64,000 nt of DNA from NCBI GenBank assembly GCA_047601445.1, contig JASGJH010000001.1:1504001-1568000 (forward strand), given 5' to 3'. The notes beneath the pieces were generated by a model. The model searched no databases. It worked only from the letters and a program-made list of their open reading frames with translations, and was not told the origin of the DNA. The position numbers and the translations under genes are program-made. Positions 49,506 to 59,467 of this stretch are shown in pieces; position 1 is the stretch's first letter, and each line of letters begins with the position of its first letter. This DNA comes from Myxococcales bacterium. Its GTDB lineage: Bacteria; Myxococcota_A; Polyangia; Polyangiales; DASUME01.

Positions 49506-50144
49506 ATGTCCAAGTACAATCTCGAGCGCGTGGCCATCGTCGGCATCGACTTTTCCGAGTGTGGCGACGAGGCACTGATCCGGGGACTCGAGTGGCTCGC
49601 AGCAGAGGCCACGAGGACCTTGCATCTCGTCCACGTGGTCGACCCTCGACTGGTGATCGAGGACCCTGACAAGCCGGCGCTGGAAACCGAGGCCGACGCT
49701 CTGGCCCAGGCGCCCATCACCATGCGCGAGCGGGCCAAGGTCCTGTGTCAGATGGCGGGCCTCGATCTCCAGCTGGCGCGCGACGGTCTTCGCCTGCGAA
49801 CGCACGCGCGGATCGGTCAGCCGGTCGAAGCCCTGCTGCAAGCGAGCGTGGACTACGAAGCCGACCTGCTGCTGGTAGGCACGCACGGACGACGAGGGAT
49901 GGAGCGGCTGCTGCTGGGCTCCGTGGCCGAGCTGTTGGTGCGGCGTGCCCGCTGCCCGGTCCTGGTGATGAGGCGGAAGAACTACGCGGGCTGCCCCAAG
50001 ACCCCTCGACCCGACGCGCCCTACCGTCCCGGCGAGCACCGGCCGGACGCTCACTTCGCCAGCCGGCACGAGCAAATCACCAGCACCGAGAGTGACGGTT
50101 GGCATCCGTCCGACGCGGGCCCCACGGGAATTCGCATCGTTTAG
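49506..50144 (+). CDS. Universal stress protein (UspA family) with C-terminal tail
   Basis: IVGIDFS, LVHVV and ADLLLVGTHGRRG.ERLLLGSVAE.LVR.A.CPVLV motifs; GGAGG RBS. Confidence 0.92.
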   Translation: MSKYNLERVAIVGIDFSECGDEALIRGLEWLAAEATRTLHLVHVVDPRLVIEDPDKPALETEADALAQAPITMRERAKVLCQMAGLDLQLARDGLRLRTHARIGQPVEALLQASVDYEADLLLVGTHGRRGMERLLLGSVAELLVRRARCPVLVMRRKNYAGCPKTPRPDAPYRPGEHRPDAHFASRHEQITSTESDGWHPSDAGPTGIRIV

Positions 50145-50489
50145 ACCCGCTCCCCCCCCCGCCCGCATGGGGACACGACCGCCCATCTCGAGGCTCGAAC
50201 TACGTACGCATGGTCACACCGAACCGGCACGCGGCTCCGCTCACCCCAACCTCGACACCTCCTCCTTCCTCGCCCAGCATCCGGATGCGAGCGGCACTCC
50301 ATCGTCTCGAGCGCCCCAAATGGCATGCGGGCAAGGACGAAGTGCCCACGAAGGTGACGCATTCGAGGCAGGGATCGAGCGCGTCTGTGACGTCACGCAA
50401 GCTCCCCTCGAAATTCGCCGTTTTAGGCCGAGATTTGGCGCGCACAGGGCGTCGACAAAGCACCGTCGGGCTTGGCAAAATCGAGCGTG

Positions 50490-52367
50490 ATGTACGAGCG
50501 CAGTGATCGGAACTCCATCCCCATCGAGTCGGTGGCCCTTCCCGTGGCCCTGCTGGAGGAGGCGGATGGCCGGCTCTGGGTCCGCGCGGCCTCGAAGGCA
50601 CTCCTGGTGCAGGCCGGTGTCGCACGCCTCGAAAACGACGCGCCGCTCGGATTCGAGCCGACCTACGAGCCTCTTGCCCACATGCTCGCGCGCTTCGACG
50701 AAGGGGCCGACGAGGTTCTCGTGCCGGTGGCAGCGGTGGGCGCGACACGTGCCATGCGCGGACAACTGGCGCTGCGACGGGTGGCGCCGGCCCGCTTCGT
50801 GGGGGTCTGGAGTGCCCGTGAAAACGACTGGCGCTTCGAGCAGATCGTCCAGAAGTCCCCCGACGTCATCGCGATCATCGATCGTCAGTTTCGCCACGCC
50901 TTCGTGAACGAGGCCATCCGGCCGGCCTCGGGCATGACGCCCGCGGACTTCGAGGGCAAGGATCACCGCCAGCTCGGCTTGCCCGAGGACATGGTGCGTC
51001 ATTTCCAGGACGTCTACCGTCGCGTGTTCGAGACCGGTCAGGAGGGTCGCAAGGACTTCGAGTTCATGTCGGCCAACGGAGAGCTGCTCTCCTACTCCTC
51101 GCGCGTCGTCCCACTGATCGGACCCGATGGCAGCTTCGATTCACTGCTCAGCTGCGCCCGCGACGTGACGGAACGCAAGCGCGAAGAAGCCGAGCGGCTC
51201 GCCATCGAGCGCAAGCTGCAGGAGACGCAGCGCCTGGAGAGCCTGGGCCTGCTCGCGGGTGGAGCCGCCCACGACTTCAACAACTTGCTCACGGCCATCA
51301 TGGGGATGACCTCGGTGGTGCAGCACCGGCTGGGTACCGAACACGCCATGCACCCGCTGCTGTCCAAGATTCTGCTCTCCTGCGAGCGAGCCTCCAGCCT
51401 GTGCACGCAGATGCTCGCTTACGCGCAGCTGCAGCAGGTGAGCAAGGAGCGCGTGGGCATTCGCGAGCTCCTCGAGCTTACCTCGGAGCTGCTGCGGGTT
51501 AGTATGCCCAAGAACATCACGCTCACCTTCGATCTGGTGGAGCCCGCGCACATCCAGGCCGATCGCAGCCAAATCCAGCAGGTGCTCCTCAACCTCTTGC
51601 TGAACGCGGTGGAGGCCATCGAGGGACAGAACGGGCAGATCCTGGTGCAAGTGTCCCGCCCGAGCGCCCACGAGCTCGAGTTCCGCGACGCCGTGGTGGT
51701 CCCCACCGATCCTCAAGGTCCGCTGTGGGCCATCCGCATTTCCGACACGGGCGTCGGGATGGATGCGACGACGGTGGAGCGCATTTTCGAGCCTTTCTTC
51801 ACCACCAAGTTCACCGGGCGAGGGCTCGGCCTCTCGGCCACCTTGGGCATCGTGCAAGCCCACGGCGGTGGCCTCACGGTGCGCACCGAGGTGGGCCGGG
51901 GCTCCGTGTTCACGCTCTATCTCAGCCAGGCCGGCGCCGACACGAGCGGCCTGCCAGCCGGGGACGTGGCCCGCTCGGGCGACGGCCGCATTCTTCTGGT
52001 GGACGACGAGCCAGGCGTCCGCGAAGCCACCGCCGAAATGCTGCGCGACGCGGGCTACGAAGTGACCCTGGCGAGCAATGGCAGCGAGGCCCTCAGCCTC
52101 TATGACAGCGACCCCGAGCAGAGCGACATGGTGCTCCTGGATCTGACCATGCCAGGCCTCGACGGCTTCCAGACGCTGACGGAACTGCGTGCGCGGGACG
52201 CACGACTGCCCGTGGTGTTGATGAGCGGCTACGCGGAAGACGACGTGCGCTCCCGCGCTGCCGCCGATCCCGCCATCGACTTCCTGCAAAAGCCCTTTCG
52301 ACAACAGCAGCTCTGGGAAATCTGCGCCCTCGCCGTGACCAAGCGCTTCAAGGCTGCCTCCGAATAA
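50490..52367 (+). CDS. Hybrid sensor kinase (PAS, HisKA, HATPase, REC)
   Basis: [54 protein letters not shown]...LLDLTMP. Confidence 0.92.
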   Translation: MYERSDRNSIPIESVALPVALLEEADGRLWVRAASKALLVQAGVARLENDAPLGFEPTYEPLAHMLARFDEGADEVLVPVAAVGATRAMRGQLALRRVAPARFVGVWSARENDWRFEQIVQKSPDVIAIIDRQFRHAFVNEAIRPASGMTPADFEGKDHRQLGLPEDMVRHFQDVYRRVFETGQEGRKDFEFMSANGELLSYSSRVVPLIGPDGSFDSLLSCARDVTERKREEAERLAIERKLQETQRLESLGLLAGGAAHDFNNLLTAIMGMTSVVQHRLGTEHAMHPLLSKILLSCERASSLCTQMLAYAQLQQVSKERVGIRELLELTSELLRVSMPKNITLTFDLVEPAHIQADRSQIQQVLLNLLLNAVEAIEGQNGQILVQVSRPSAHELEFRDAVVVPTDPQGPLWAIRISDTGVGMDATTVERIFEPFFTTKFTGRGLGLSATLGIVQAHGGGLTVRTEVGRGSVFTLYLSQAGADTSGLPAGDVARSGDGRILLVDDEPGVREATAEMLRDAGYEVTLASNGSEALSLYDSDPEQSDMVLLDLTMPGLDGFQTLTELRARDARLPVVLMSGYAEDDVRSRAAADPAIDFLQKPFRQQQLWEICALAVTKRFKAASE

Positions 52368-52549
52368 ACGCGTCCAGGTTTCGAGTTTGCTCTGCTGGCC
52401 CCAGCGCGCGCGCCTCCGCCCGCTTGGGCACGGCGCCGCCGCCGCCGCGTGTGTTCTGGCAACGAGCGACACCTGCGGCGGCGCCTCGCGAACGGGGGTA
52501 AGTTTTTGGCAGGCGCAGCCCCGCGCCGGAACCTTGCGGAGGCAAGCTC

Positions 52550-52750
52550 ATGCAACACGCGATTTTGCCGGAAGGCGAGCACGTACGAAGAGCGGTTCGC
52601 TGGATCTCGGATCAACGGCGCGAGCAGGTCCCCATCCCTGCACTGAAGCTCGTCGACGAGGCGGCGCGACTCTTCGATCTATCTCCGCTCGAAGAGGAAT
52701 GGCTGATGTCTACCTTCGCCAACGTGCGCACGGAGCACACCGTCGAATGA
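52550..52750 (+). CDS. Small conserved-looking hypothetical protein (66 aa)
   Basis: GGAGG RBS; P.GE..RRAV.WIS...L.DEAA..FDLSP.EEE.L pattern recalled from deltaproteobacterial small proteins. Confidence 0.7.
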   Translation: MQHAILPEGEHVRRAVRWISDQRREQVPIPALKLVDEAARLFDLSPLEEEWLMSTFANVRTEHTVE

Positions 52751-52770
52751 CACAGCCAAGAGGCGAAGGG

Positions 52771-54048
52771 CTACGGCGCCCCCGGGCGCGCTAGGTCCTT
52801 GGGGGGAGAGTCCAGGGCCCGCAGTGCAGTTACTTGCTTCGCGCGCAGTAGCTCCTTGCGCTCTCCCCGCTCGCTCAACACGAAGACCACGCGCCCGCTG
52901 CTGCACAAGATTCCCTGCTCCATGAGATCGAAGGCGAGCACGCCGCGCGCAACGACTTCGGGCTTTCCACCCTGCTTGCAAGCGATGAGCTCGTGGCTGA
53001 GAACCCACTCCGCGTGTTCCTTGGGCTCCTCGCTCTCGGCCTGCTCGGCGTCCTCTGGCGCAACGGGGCGCACGCGGGCGCGCGCCGCGCCGTTCGCAAT
53101 GTCGGCCCCCTCCTCGTGCTGACCCGGCCGCAACATGCGGCGGCCCGTGTAGCTGGTGATGAAGAGCCCGAGCCAGACGATGGTGGCGTACAGGAGCCAA
53201 AACGGCGCCGTCACGGCACGCATCAGCATGGCGGGCAGATTGCGCTGGTTCGGCGGGCGATGCTTCTTGCGCAGACAGTACAGCGTTCCGTGTGCGTCGA
53301 CGCGTGGCGCGTAGAGGTCGTAGCCCGGCTGCTCCAGGGCCAGCCTGAGCTCGCCGCCTGCGATGTCGAGCAGCTGGATCACGCTCGGCGCAAAGCCGGC
53401 GAGGCGCCCCTCGGCGTCGCGCTGGATGCCGGTCGTCTGATAGACCAGCACCCGATCGCGCCCAGGCACCCAGCTCGGCGCGCAATCCAGGGAGTCGCCC
53501 GCCGTGAGCTCGGTGACCTCCGAGCCGTCCTCGTGCAGCACCGCGATGTGGCTCGCGAAGTTGTCCCCGCGCAGGCTGCACACCACGTAACCATGTTCCT
53601 CCACGCCGCCGAGGTCTTGCACTGCAAGGTCGGTCGTGTGGAAGAGGCGGCGCTCGTTGTGTCCGGGCTTGTCGTCACTGGCCTCGATGCGAAAGACCCC
53701 CGAGACGCTGCCCGACTGCTGCGCGTAGATCACGCGTGCGCCGTCCACGCACATCCCCGAGATCGCGACCGCCTGATAGGACCCCGCGCCCTGCTCCCCG
53801 AGGCCCCAGACCATGGAGCGGTAAGGCCCCGTACGGCCCTTGCCCTTCCAGGCATGCTTGCGCTCGATGGCTGCGGCCCGCTCGCCGACTTGCCGCGCGA
53901 AGGCGCTCTCGACACGCACTGGCGCAAGGCCCGGCCGCGCCAAAAACAGCGCCCCATCCGACACGTAGGCGAAGGCGCTGCCATGGCTCGAGGGTCGCTC
54001 CGCTGTCTCCGACGAGGCTAGCGGCGACGAAGCAGTGTGAGCAGACAC
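52771..54048 (-). CDS. Hypothetical protein with TolB-like beta-propeller repeats and one hydrophobic segment
   Basis: ELTAGDSLDCAPSW and YDLYAPR blade-like motifs; hydrophobic PFWLLYATIVWLGLF; start uncertain (ORF open to 54159). Confidence 0.65.
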   Translation of the reverse strand: MSAHTASSPLASSETAERPSSHGSAFAYVSDGALFLARPGLAPVRVESAFARQVGERAAAIERKHAWKGKGRTGPYRSMVWGLGEQGAGSYQAVAISGMCVDGARVIYAQQSGSVSGVFRIEASDDKPGHNERRLFHTTDLAVQDLGGVEEHGYVVCSLRGDNFASHIAVLHEDGSEVTELTAGDSLDCAPSWVPGRDRVLVYQTTGIQRDAEGRLAGFAPSVIQLLDIAGGELRLALEQPGYDLYAPRVDAHGTLYCLRKKHRPPNQRNLPAMLMRAVTAPFWLLYATIVWLGLFITSYTGRRMLRPGQHEEGADIANGAARARVRPVAPEDAEQAESEEPKEHAEWVLSHELIACKQGGKPEVVARGVLAFDLMEQGILCSSGRVVFVLSERGERKELLRAKQVTALRALDSPPKDLARPGAP

Positions 54049-54319
54049 GTTGGAGACCCCCCGAGCGGAACCAGCGCCACAGGCCCACGAGTATAGTCGC
54101 TCATGCTGTAGCTTGGTGCGCCTCCCAACGCGCGCTGCGCCGATTCGCTGTCTGCCCATGTGCGCAAAGCCGAGCGTCCCAGCTTCCGTTGAAAGATCGC
54201 CGGAAATTCAGCGCTCGTTTTCCGTCGGCCCCTTCACCCTGTTCACGCTTTCCGGTCACTGCACCGCTTTTTTTTCGCGGGCTTTGAAGCAACGGTCGAC
54301 GCCCACGTCAGCTTCGGCC

Positions 54320-54655
54320 ATGGCGAGCCTGCGGAAGCTTGTGCGCTGGACGGCCCTCGGCGGTTTGCTGAGCCTGCTCGCCCTCGGCGCCCTCTACGGC
54401 ACCATCTTCGCTCCCTACTACCTGGCCTCGTGGCAGTACGGCCGGCTCCTGACCCAAGCGCCCAGGTCACGCGCCGAGGTCGAGAACATCCTCGCCCTTT
54501 GCTCGCACACACGGCTGGGCAACGCGGAGTCCTATTGGTACCTGCGCCTCCCCCACACCGTCGAGTTCGAGCGCTACTCCATGTGGGGCCACCCGATCGA
54601 CGTCGGCTACGATCAGCGCGACCGCGTGGTGAGGATCGTTCCTGCGTTTCAGTGA
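54320..54655 (+). CDS. Small membrane-anchored hypothetical protein
   Basis: MASLRKLVRW followed by a TM helix; C-terminal PIDVGYD..DRVV.I. Confidence 0.6.
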   Translation: MASLRKLVRWTALGGLLSLLALGALYGTIFAPYYLASWQYGRLLTQAPRSRAEVENILALCSHTRLGNAESYWYLRLPHTVEFERYSMWGHPIDVGYDQRDRVVRIVPAFQ

Positions 54656-54820
54656 TCGCGTAGCGTTTTGTTCTGCCTCGGCGCGCGCCACGAGACATCG
54701 ACGAGTATCTTGCACCACAAGACCTTCCGCAGAGGGTCGGAACGCAACTGAGTAATCAACGCGTTAGGCACTCTTACCCATGTCGCCGCGTGACCTACCG
54801 CGCTAACTTGCCCGCTCCCC

Positions 54821-55912
54821 ATGAGTCCACGCAAGCCCGTCAAGATCCCTCCGGGGCTCTTGCTCGCGATCCACGAGGCCGCGGCGGATCCGCGCGCGTG
54901 GCCCGAGGCCTTGGCCCGCATCACGAGCTGGGTCGGCGGCGACGTGGGATCCTTGCTGGCGACGCGACCAGCAGACAAGGGAGCGGACACCAACCTCGTG
55001 GTGAGCGGGATCGCGCCCGAGGATCATCCGGCCCACCCGCGACATCAACAGCGGCGCCCGTCCTACGCTGCGCGCCTCGCGCGCCTGCCCGTTGGACGCG
55101 CCGTGCTGCTTCGGGACGCGCTGCAAAGTTCTCTTCGATCGCCGCGCGGAGAGCTCGCGCGCAAGCACCAGCTGACGGATCTGCAGGGCATCGTGCTGCA
55201 CCGGGACGCAAACTGGCGCGTCAGCCTGGGCACCTTCGGACGCCGCGGCCGGCGCTTCGACGAGCGCACACGTCACCGCCTCGAGGTGGTGGGGCATCAT
55301 CTGCACCAGGCACTTCGACTTGGCCGGCGCTTCGAGACGGTGGGCTCGGATTCTGACTCGGGACTTCAAATCGCCACGCGGATGGGACTCGTGCACGCGC
55401 TGGAAGTCGACCGTGAACTACGCCTGCTCTCCGGTCACGAACGCTGGCAACGTGACCAGGCACGCGACCGCGCCGAAGGCACCCGTACACTCGTGCCGCT
55501 CCACATCGAGCAGCAGCGCCTACGCGCGCGGGACGCCCACGACCAGCCGCGTCTGCTCCATGCCGTCCAGCAAGCCACCCTCGGCAAGCAGTCGGTGCTC
55601 AGCTTCGAGGTCGGCGAACAGCGCGCCCTCGTGGGCTTCGCTCCCGGCCCGTGGATCTCTCCGCTGGGGCACGAGCGCGCCGCCTTGGTGATCATGCCTC
55701 CGCTGTGGTCCGGCCGCGCGACGCCCGAGGACGACCCATTCGGGAAGTTGCCGAAGGCGCTGCGTGAGGTCGCAGAGCAGCTGGCCCTAGGTCGCACCGA
55801 CAAGGAGATCGCGATCAGCATGGGCCTCTCCCTGGCCTCCGCGCGCACCTACGTCGCACGCACCATGAAGCGCCTGGGCATCAACAACCGGCGTGAGCTG
55901 ATGCGGCGCTGA
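54821..55912 (+). CDS. LuxR-family regulator with N-terminal GAF-like region
   Basis: IHEAAADP.AW.EAL N-terminus; HLHQALRL linker; C-terminal HTH LALGRTDKEIAISMGLSLASARTY..R.MKRLG. Confidence 0.82.
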   Translation: MSPRKPVKIPPGLLLAIHEAAADPRAWPEALARITSWVGGDVGSLLATRPADKGADTNLVVSGIAPEDHPAHPRHQQRRPSYAARLARLPVGRAVLLRDALQSSLRSPRGELARKHQLTDLQGIVLHRDANWRVSLGTFGRRGRRFDERTRHRLEVVGHHLHQALRLGRRFETVGSDSDSGLQIATRMGLVHALEVDRELRLLSGHERWQRDQARDRAEGTRTLVPLHIEQQRLRARDAHDQPRLLHAVQQATLGKQSVLSFEVGEQRALVGFAPGPWISPLGHERAALVIMPPLWSGRATPEDDPFGKLPKALREVAEQLALGRTDKEIAISMGLSLASARTYVARTMKRLGINNRRELMRR

Positions 55913-55970
55913 GCAGGGCTGCAAGCAGCGCTAGCTCCCTGCGCACGGGGGGTCGCGAAGCCCGTGCGGC

Positions 55971-56906
55971 CTAGGTCCGTTCGATCGACAAATACCCGAT
56001 ATACCCAAGGGAGTCCTGGAACGACCGCAGGTCGGCGACGCAATCCGTCGGCACGTCCGCCGCCAGCGCACACAGCGCCTCGGCGTCTCGCGTGGCTAAG
56101 TACCAGTGCATGAAAGCCTCCACGAACGCCACGGTGCCGAAGTCCGGTCGGTGGTTCGCGATCAAGAGCCGCCCCCGGCTGGCGAGTGCATTCGTGAGGA
56201 CCCCCGTGAGCTGTCTCGCCCGCGCTGAGTCCAGGTAGTCGTACAGCGTAGCCACGTAGATGAAGTCGAAGCCCGCGAGCGCGACCGTGCCCGCGAGCAA
56301 CGCGTCGACCCCCGCATGGATGGTCTTGATCTTGAGGCTCGGTGAGCTGCGCTGGATCTCCTCCAGACAAGCCGGATCGGGATCCACCGCCACGAGCTCC
56401 TGGAACTGCTCACCGATCACCGCCACCGAGCGGCTGGTCTCGCGCAAGAATCCCGATCCGACCGAGAGGATTCGGCAGCTCGGGCGCTGTACGCACGCCT
56501 CGTCCATCTGCGCCCCGATGAAATTGCGTCGCTCTCGCAGCGCCATCGCGGTCCCGCTGTGAACCGCCGTGCACTGGAAAAGCCTGACGCCCTCCGCGCT
56601 GACCGAGCCGAGCCGGCGGTCCCAGCCGCCGTGATAGAACGCGTCCAGAATGGCGGCCCGGTTCGTGTATCCATCGGCATGGCCGCGTGCCATGCGGGTC
56701 ATTGGATCGGCTCCGAGACGCGCGTAAAGCGGATGCACTCGGCAGATCGCCACGGCCTTCTCACGGAACGCCTGCGCCCCGAGGTTGCCGCGGATCCGCA
56801 TCAATCCGCTCACCAGCTCCTGAAGGCTCGTCTCAATCTCACCGCGCTCGAACGCAGCGAGGGTCCCATCGAGCAAGCCCGAAAGTTCGCTCCACTCATC
56901 GCTCAT
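55971..56906 (-). CDS. Class I SAM-dependent methyltransferase (PhcB-like family, tentative)
   Basis: RILSVGSGFLRE (motif I), VAVDPD, FDFIY...LYDYL, GRLLIAN and F.EAFM.W.L..RD motifs. Confidence 0.75.
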   Translation of the reverse strand: MSDEWSELSGLLDGTLAAFERGEIETSLQELVSGLMRIRGNLGAQAFREKAVAICRVHPLYARLGADPMTRMARGHADGYTNRAAILDAFYHGGWDRRLGSVSAEGVRLFQCTAVHSGTAMALRERRNFIGAQMDEACVQRPSCRILSVGSGFLRETSRSVAVIGEQFQELVAVDPDPACLEEIQRSSPSLKIKTIHAGVDALLAGTVALAGFDFIYVATLYDYLDSARARQLTGVLTNALASRGRLLIANHRPDFGTVAFVEAFMHWYLATRDAEALCALAADVPTDCVADLRSFQDSLGYIGYLSIERT

Positions 56907-57022
56907 GAAAGACAACCACCCGCACGCGGCTCTGTGTTCGCCCGCGCTCCTCCTAACAGACTGGAGGGCAACTTTACGAACCTGTCCGCAGTCAGCCAGG
57001 TCTACAAATGTGGACACCGACC

Positions 57023-57508
57023 TCAGGTGCGGCGGAGAACGCGACAACGGACGCGATAGGACGTGGCTAGATCACCCCACTGAAGCCCGAGCATGCTCGA
57101 CAGCGCTTCGCCGGAGAGTCCCTTGCGCGCGGGATGATGCTTGCCGAGTCGCTCCCAGCCGCGGTGCTCGAGGATCACGCGTGTACCCTGATGCTGCGGC
57201 TCGAAACGGACCTCGAGTTCGGTGAACTCCTCGGGTGCAAAATTACGCAGGCGATAGGTCAGCACGAGCCGCTTGCCCGGCTCCCAAGTCAGCACCCTTC
57301 CCAGCTCGAACGAATCGCCCCCCGAGGTCTCCACCAAACGGCGCCCGCGCTGATCCTGCTCGAAGTGGATCTGACTGTCTGCCCCACCCCCACGGAATCT
57401 CGGCTCGCGCCGCCACCAGAGGTCTACTTCCTCGGTGAACACCTGGAAGGCGTCCGCCGGTGAGACGTCGACGTAGGTCGTGACCCGCGCACTCTCTGGC
57501 CGTGTCAT
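57023..57508 (-). CDS. SRPBCC (AHSA1/START-like) domain protein
   Basis: AFQVFTEEVDLWW, GRVLTWEPGKRL and TELEVRF...GTRV.LEHRGW motifs. Confidence 0.88.
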   Translation of the reverse strand: MTRPESARVTTYVDVSPADAFQVFTEEVDLWWRREPRFRGGGADSQIHFEQDQRGRRLVETSGGDSFELGRVLTWEPGKRLVLTYRLRNFAPEEFTELEVRFEPQHQGTRVILEHRGWERLGKHHPARKGLSGEALSSMLGLQWGDLATSYRVRCRVLRRT

Positions 57509-57864
57509 GGCTCCCTCTCTCGCTTGCTAGCCCGCCCGCGCGTGCGCTCGGCGTGCCGCTTGAAGCTGTCGAGCTGCAGGCTCCAGCCAGCTTCGATCTC
57601 GTCGAGCCAACTGCGTAGCTCCTCGAAGGGCGCCTTGCGCAGCCGATAGACCCGCACGCGCGCGTCCTCGGCCAGTGATTCCTCCTGTACCAAACCTGCT
57701 TCACGCAACAGCCTCAGGTGGCGCGTCATGGCCGGCTTGTTCATCTCGAGCGCCTCGGTGAGCTCACCCACCCGACGCGGCCCACTCCGCAGCAGTTCGA
57801 CCACGCCCCTGCGCGTGGGATCCGAGAGCGCTGCAAAGGTCTCCTGAACCGCGGCGGCTCTCAT
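57505..57864 (-). CDS. ArsR/SmtB-family transcriptional regulator
   Basis: FAALSDPTRRGVVELLRSGPRRVGEL...MTRHLRLLREAGLV; ATGA overlaps on both sides. Confidence 0.92.
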   Translation of the reverse strand: MRAAAVQETFAALSDPTRRGVVELLRSGPRRVGELTEALEMNKPAMTRHLRLLREAGLVQEESLAEDARVRVYRLRKAPFEELRSWLDEIEAGWSLQLDSFKRHAERTRGRASKREREP

Positions 57865-58280
57865 GCCGGTGCCCCGGACGACAGCGTCGCGAACACCCAG
57901 CGATGGCCCTCCGGATCGCTCGCACGGTAGCGCCGCATGCCATGTTCCTCGAGCGGCTCCGAGGTAATCGTCGCGCCCCCCTGGAGCGCCCGCGCGTAGT
58001 GCGCGTCGACATCGTCCACGTAGAAATACAGCGTGCAGGTAGTGTTGCCGAGGTGCAGCGGCGTGTCTCCGAAGCCCTCGAACACCGACGCCAGCATCAG
58101 CGTGTTGCCCTGGCACTCGAGCTCGGCATGCCCTACCCGGCCATCGGGCATTGGGTAACGCATGGTCTCGCGAAAGCCGAACGCGTCGCACAAGAACGCG
58201 ATGGCCGAGGGCGCGTCCGCGTACATCAGGTAGGGCACGATACGCTGCTTTTCCGGAGCTCGATCCATGGCGGCCTCCAT
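57861..58280 (-). CDS. VOC/glyoxalase-family protein
   Basis: PYLMYADA..AI.FL..AFGF, HAEL, YVDDVDAHY and DPEGHRW motifs. Confidence 0.92.
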   Translation of the reverse strand: MEAAMDRAPEKQRIVPYLMYADAPSAIAFLCDAFGFRETMRYPMPDGRVGHAELECQGNTLMLASVFEGFGDTPLHLGNTTCTLYFYVDDVDAHYARALQGGATITSEPLEEHGMRRYRASDPEGHRWVFATLSSGAPA

Positions 58281-58315
58281 CTCGATGGGTGCCAGTGCTT
58301 TGTACCTCCCGCAAT

Positions 58316-58337
58316 TAGTTCACGCAAATGGAAACTA
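58316..58337. promoter_or_regulatory. Probable ArsR operator (imperfect palindrome)
   Basis: TAGTTCAC-GCAAAT-GGAAACTA in an AT-rich patch just upstream of the VOC-ArsR-SRPBCC operon. Confidence 0.55.
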
Positions 58338-58379
58338 TTTAATCGACACCGAGTGGCCGCCGCATCGGCCACAGCCCGG

Positions 58380-59312
58380 TCAGTGGTGTTTGGCCCAGGG
58401 CGAGAGCAGCGCGTAGCTGATGCGCGCGCCGTAGAAGCGATAGGCGGCCGCGCCGCCCGAGGTGGTCAGGTCCTGGTTGTACTGCAGCAGCAGCAGGAGC
58501 TCGGGCAAGACGCTAATGGCCCAGGTGAAGCGCATGGCGTTCACGTGCTGCCGCGGGTCAATCGTCTGCTGCATGCTCGTACCGTCTGTCTTCACGTTCA
58601 CGAAGCGCCGCCCGTAGCTGGTGACATAGTAAGACACGGCCACGAACATCCGCTCCGAGAGATCCACGGCCAGGTGGAAGTCGGCACCATACGAGGGCTT
58701 CTGTTCCAGCCTCTGCTTGCCTAGCATCGGCACCACGTAGTCCGGGTTGTCCGTGTAGCAGGCCACGCCGGTCACGCCCTCCAAAGACACGATCTTGTAG
58801 CGATGTCCGACCATTCCCTGCGGCCTGAAGACCCAGCGGTTCTCACCGATGTTGACGAGCTTGGAGGCCTTGTAGCTACCGGTGGGCGCATTCATGTAGA
58901 GCGAGAACGCCGTGTACGTGTAGCTCTCTTTGGAATGGCGGAAGGTGTAGCCGACCGCCGGAATATAGAGCAGGTCGCCAATTCCCGATGAGTGACTCGC
59001 GTAGTTGAGGTTCGGCATGCCACTGGGCACGTAGGCCGTCACGTCGACCACCGGCAAAAAGAAGTTGAAGGGAGCGATGCCCAGGTTGCCGACCTTCAGC
59101 ACGTAGGTCGCGCCGAACACCGCGTAGGAGATGGTCGCGCTCTCTCGATACGAACTCGACTCGTGACGCAGGTAGTTCGAGAAGAAGGTGCTTCGCGTCG
59201 GATAGCGGCTCCCATCGTAGTCGCGCGGGTCCGAGCGGAGCTGCGCATGACCACTCGCGGTCCACAGTGAAAGCCACGTAGCGAGGCAAACGACGCCAGC
59301 GAGCCCTCTCAT
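58380..59312 (-). CDS. Outer-membrane beta-barrel transporter (MetA-pathway of phenol degradation family)
   Basis: Signal peptide ending SGHA; SSGIGDL and APTGSY....VNIGENRW motifs; alternating beta-strand pattern. Confidence 0.8.
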   Translation of the reverse strand: MRGLAGVVCLATWLSLWTASGHAQLRSDPRDYDGSRYPTRSTFFSNYLRHESSSYRESATISYAVFGATYVLKVGNLGIAPFNFFLPVVDVTAYVPSGMPNLNYASHSSGIGDLLYIPAVGYTFRHSKESYTYTAFSLYMNAPTGSYKASKLVNIGENRWVFRPQGMVGHRYKIVSLEGVTGVACYTDNPDYVVPMLGKQRLEQKPSYGADFHLAVDLSERMFVAVSYYVTSYGRRFVNVKTDGTSMQQTIDPRQHVNAMRFTWAISVLPELLLLLQYNQDLTTSGGAAAYRFYGARISYALLSPWAKHH

Positions 59313-59467
59313 GGGGTCCTTCTCTCCGGCTCCTGACACGCGTCGAATGACGAACAGGTCCGGGCGATGGAGGCCAAGCATAAGGCATCTCGCAGCGCCC
59401 GCTCCTAGCTTTCCTCACGCCGCTCCCATCCTGGGATGAGCCTCGCACGGGCTGATTTTACGGACTT

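Noticed and set aside
50383..50392. Palindrome GTGACGTCAC upstream of the 50490 kinase as a CRP/FNR site
   Set aside because: The half-site spacing does not fit TGTGA-N6-TCACA, and a single short palindrome is weak evidence
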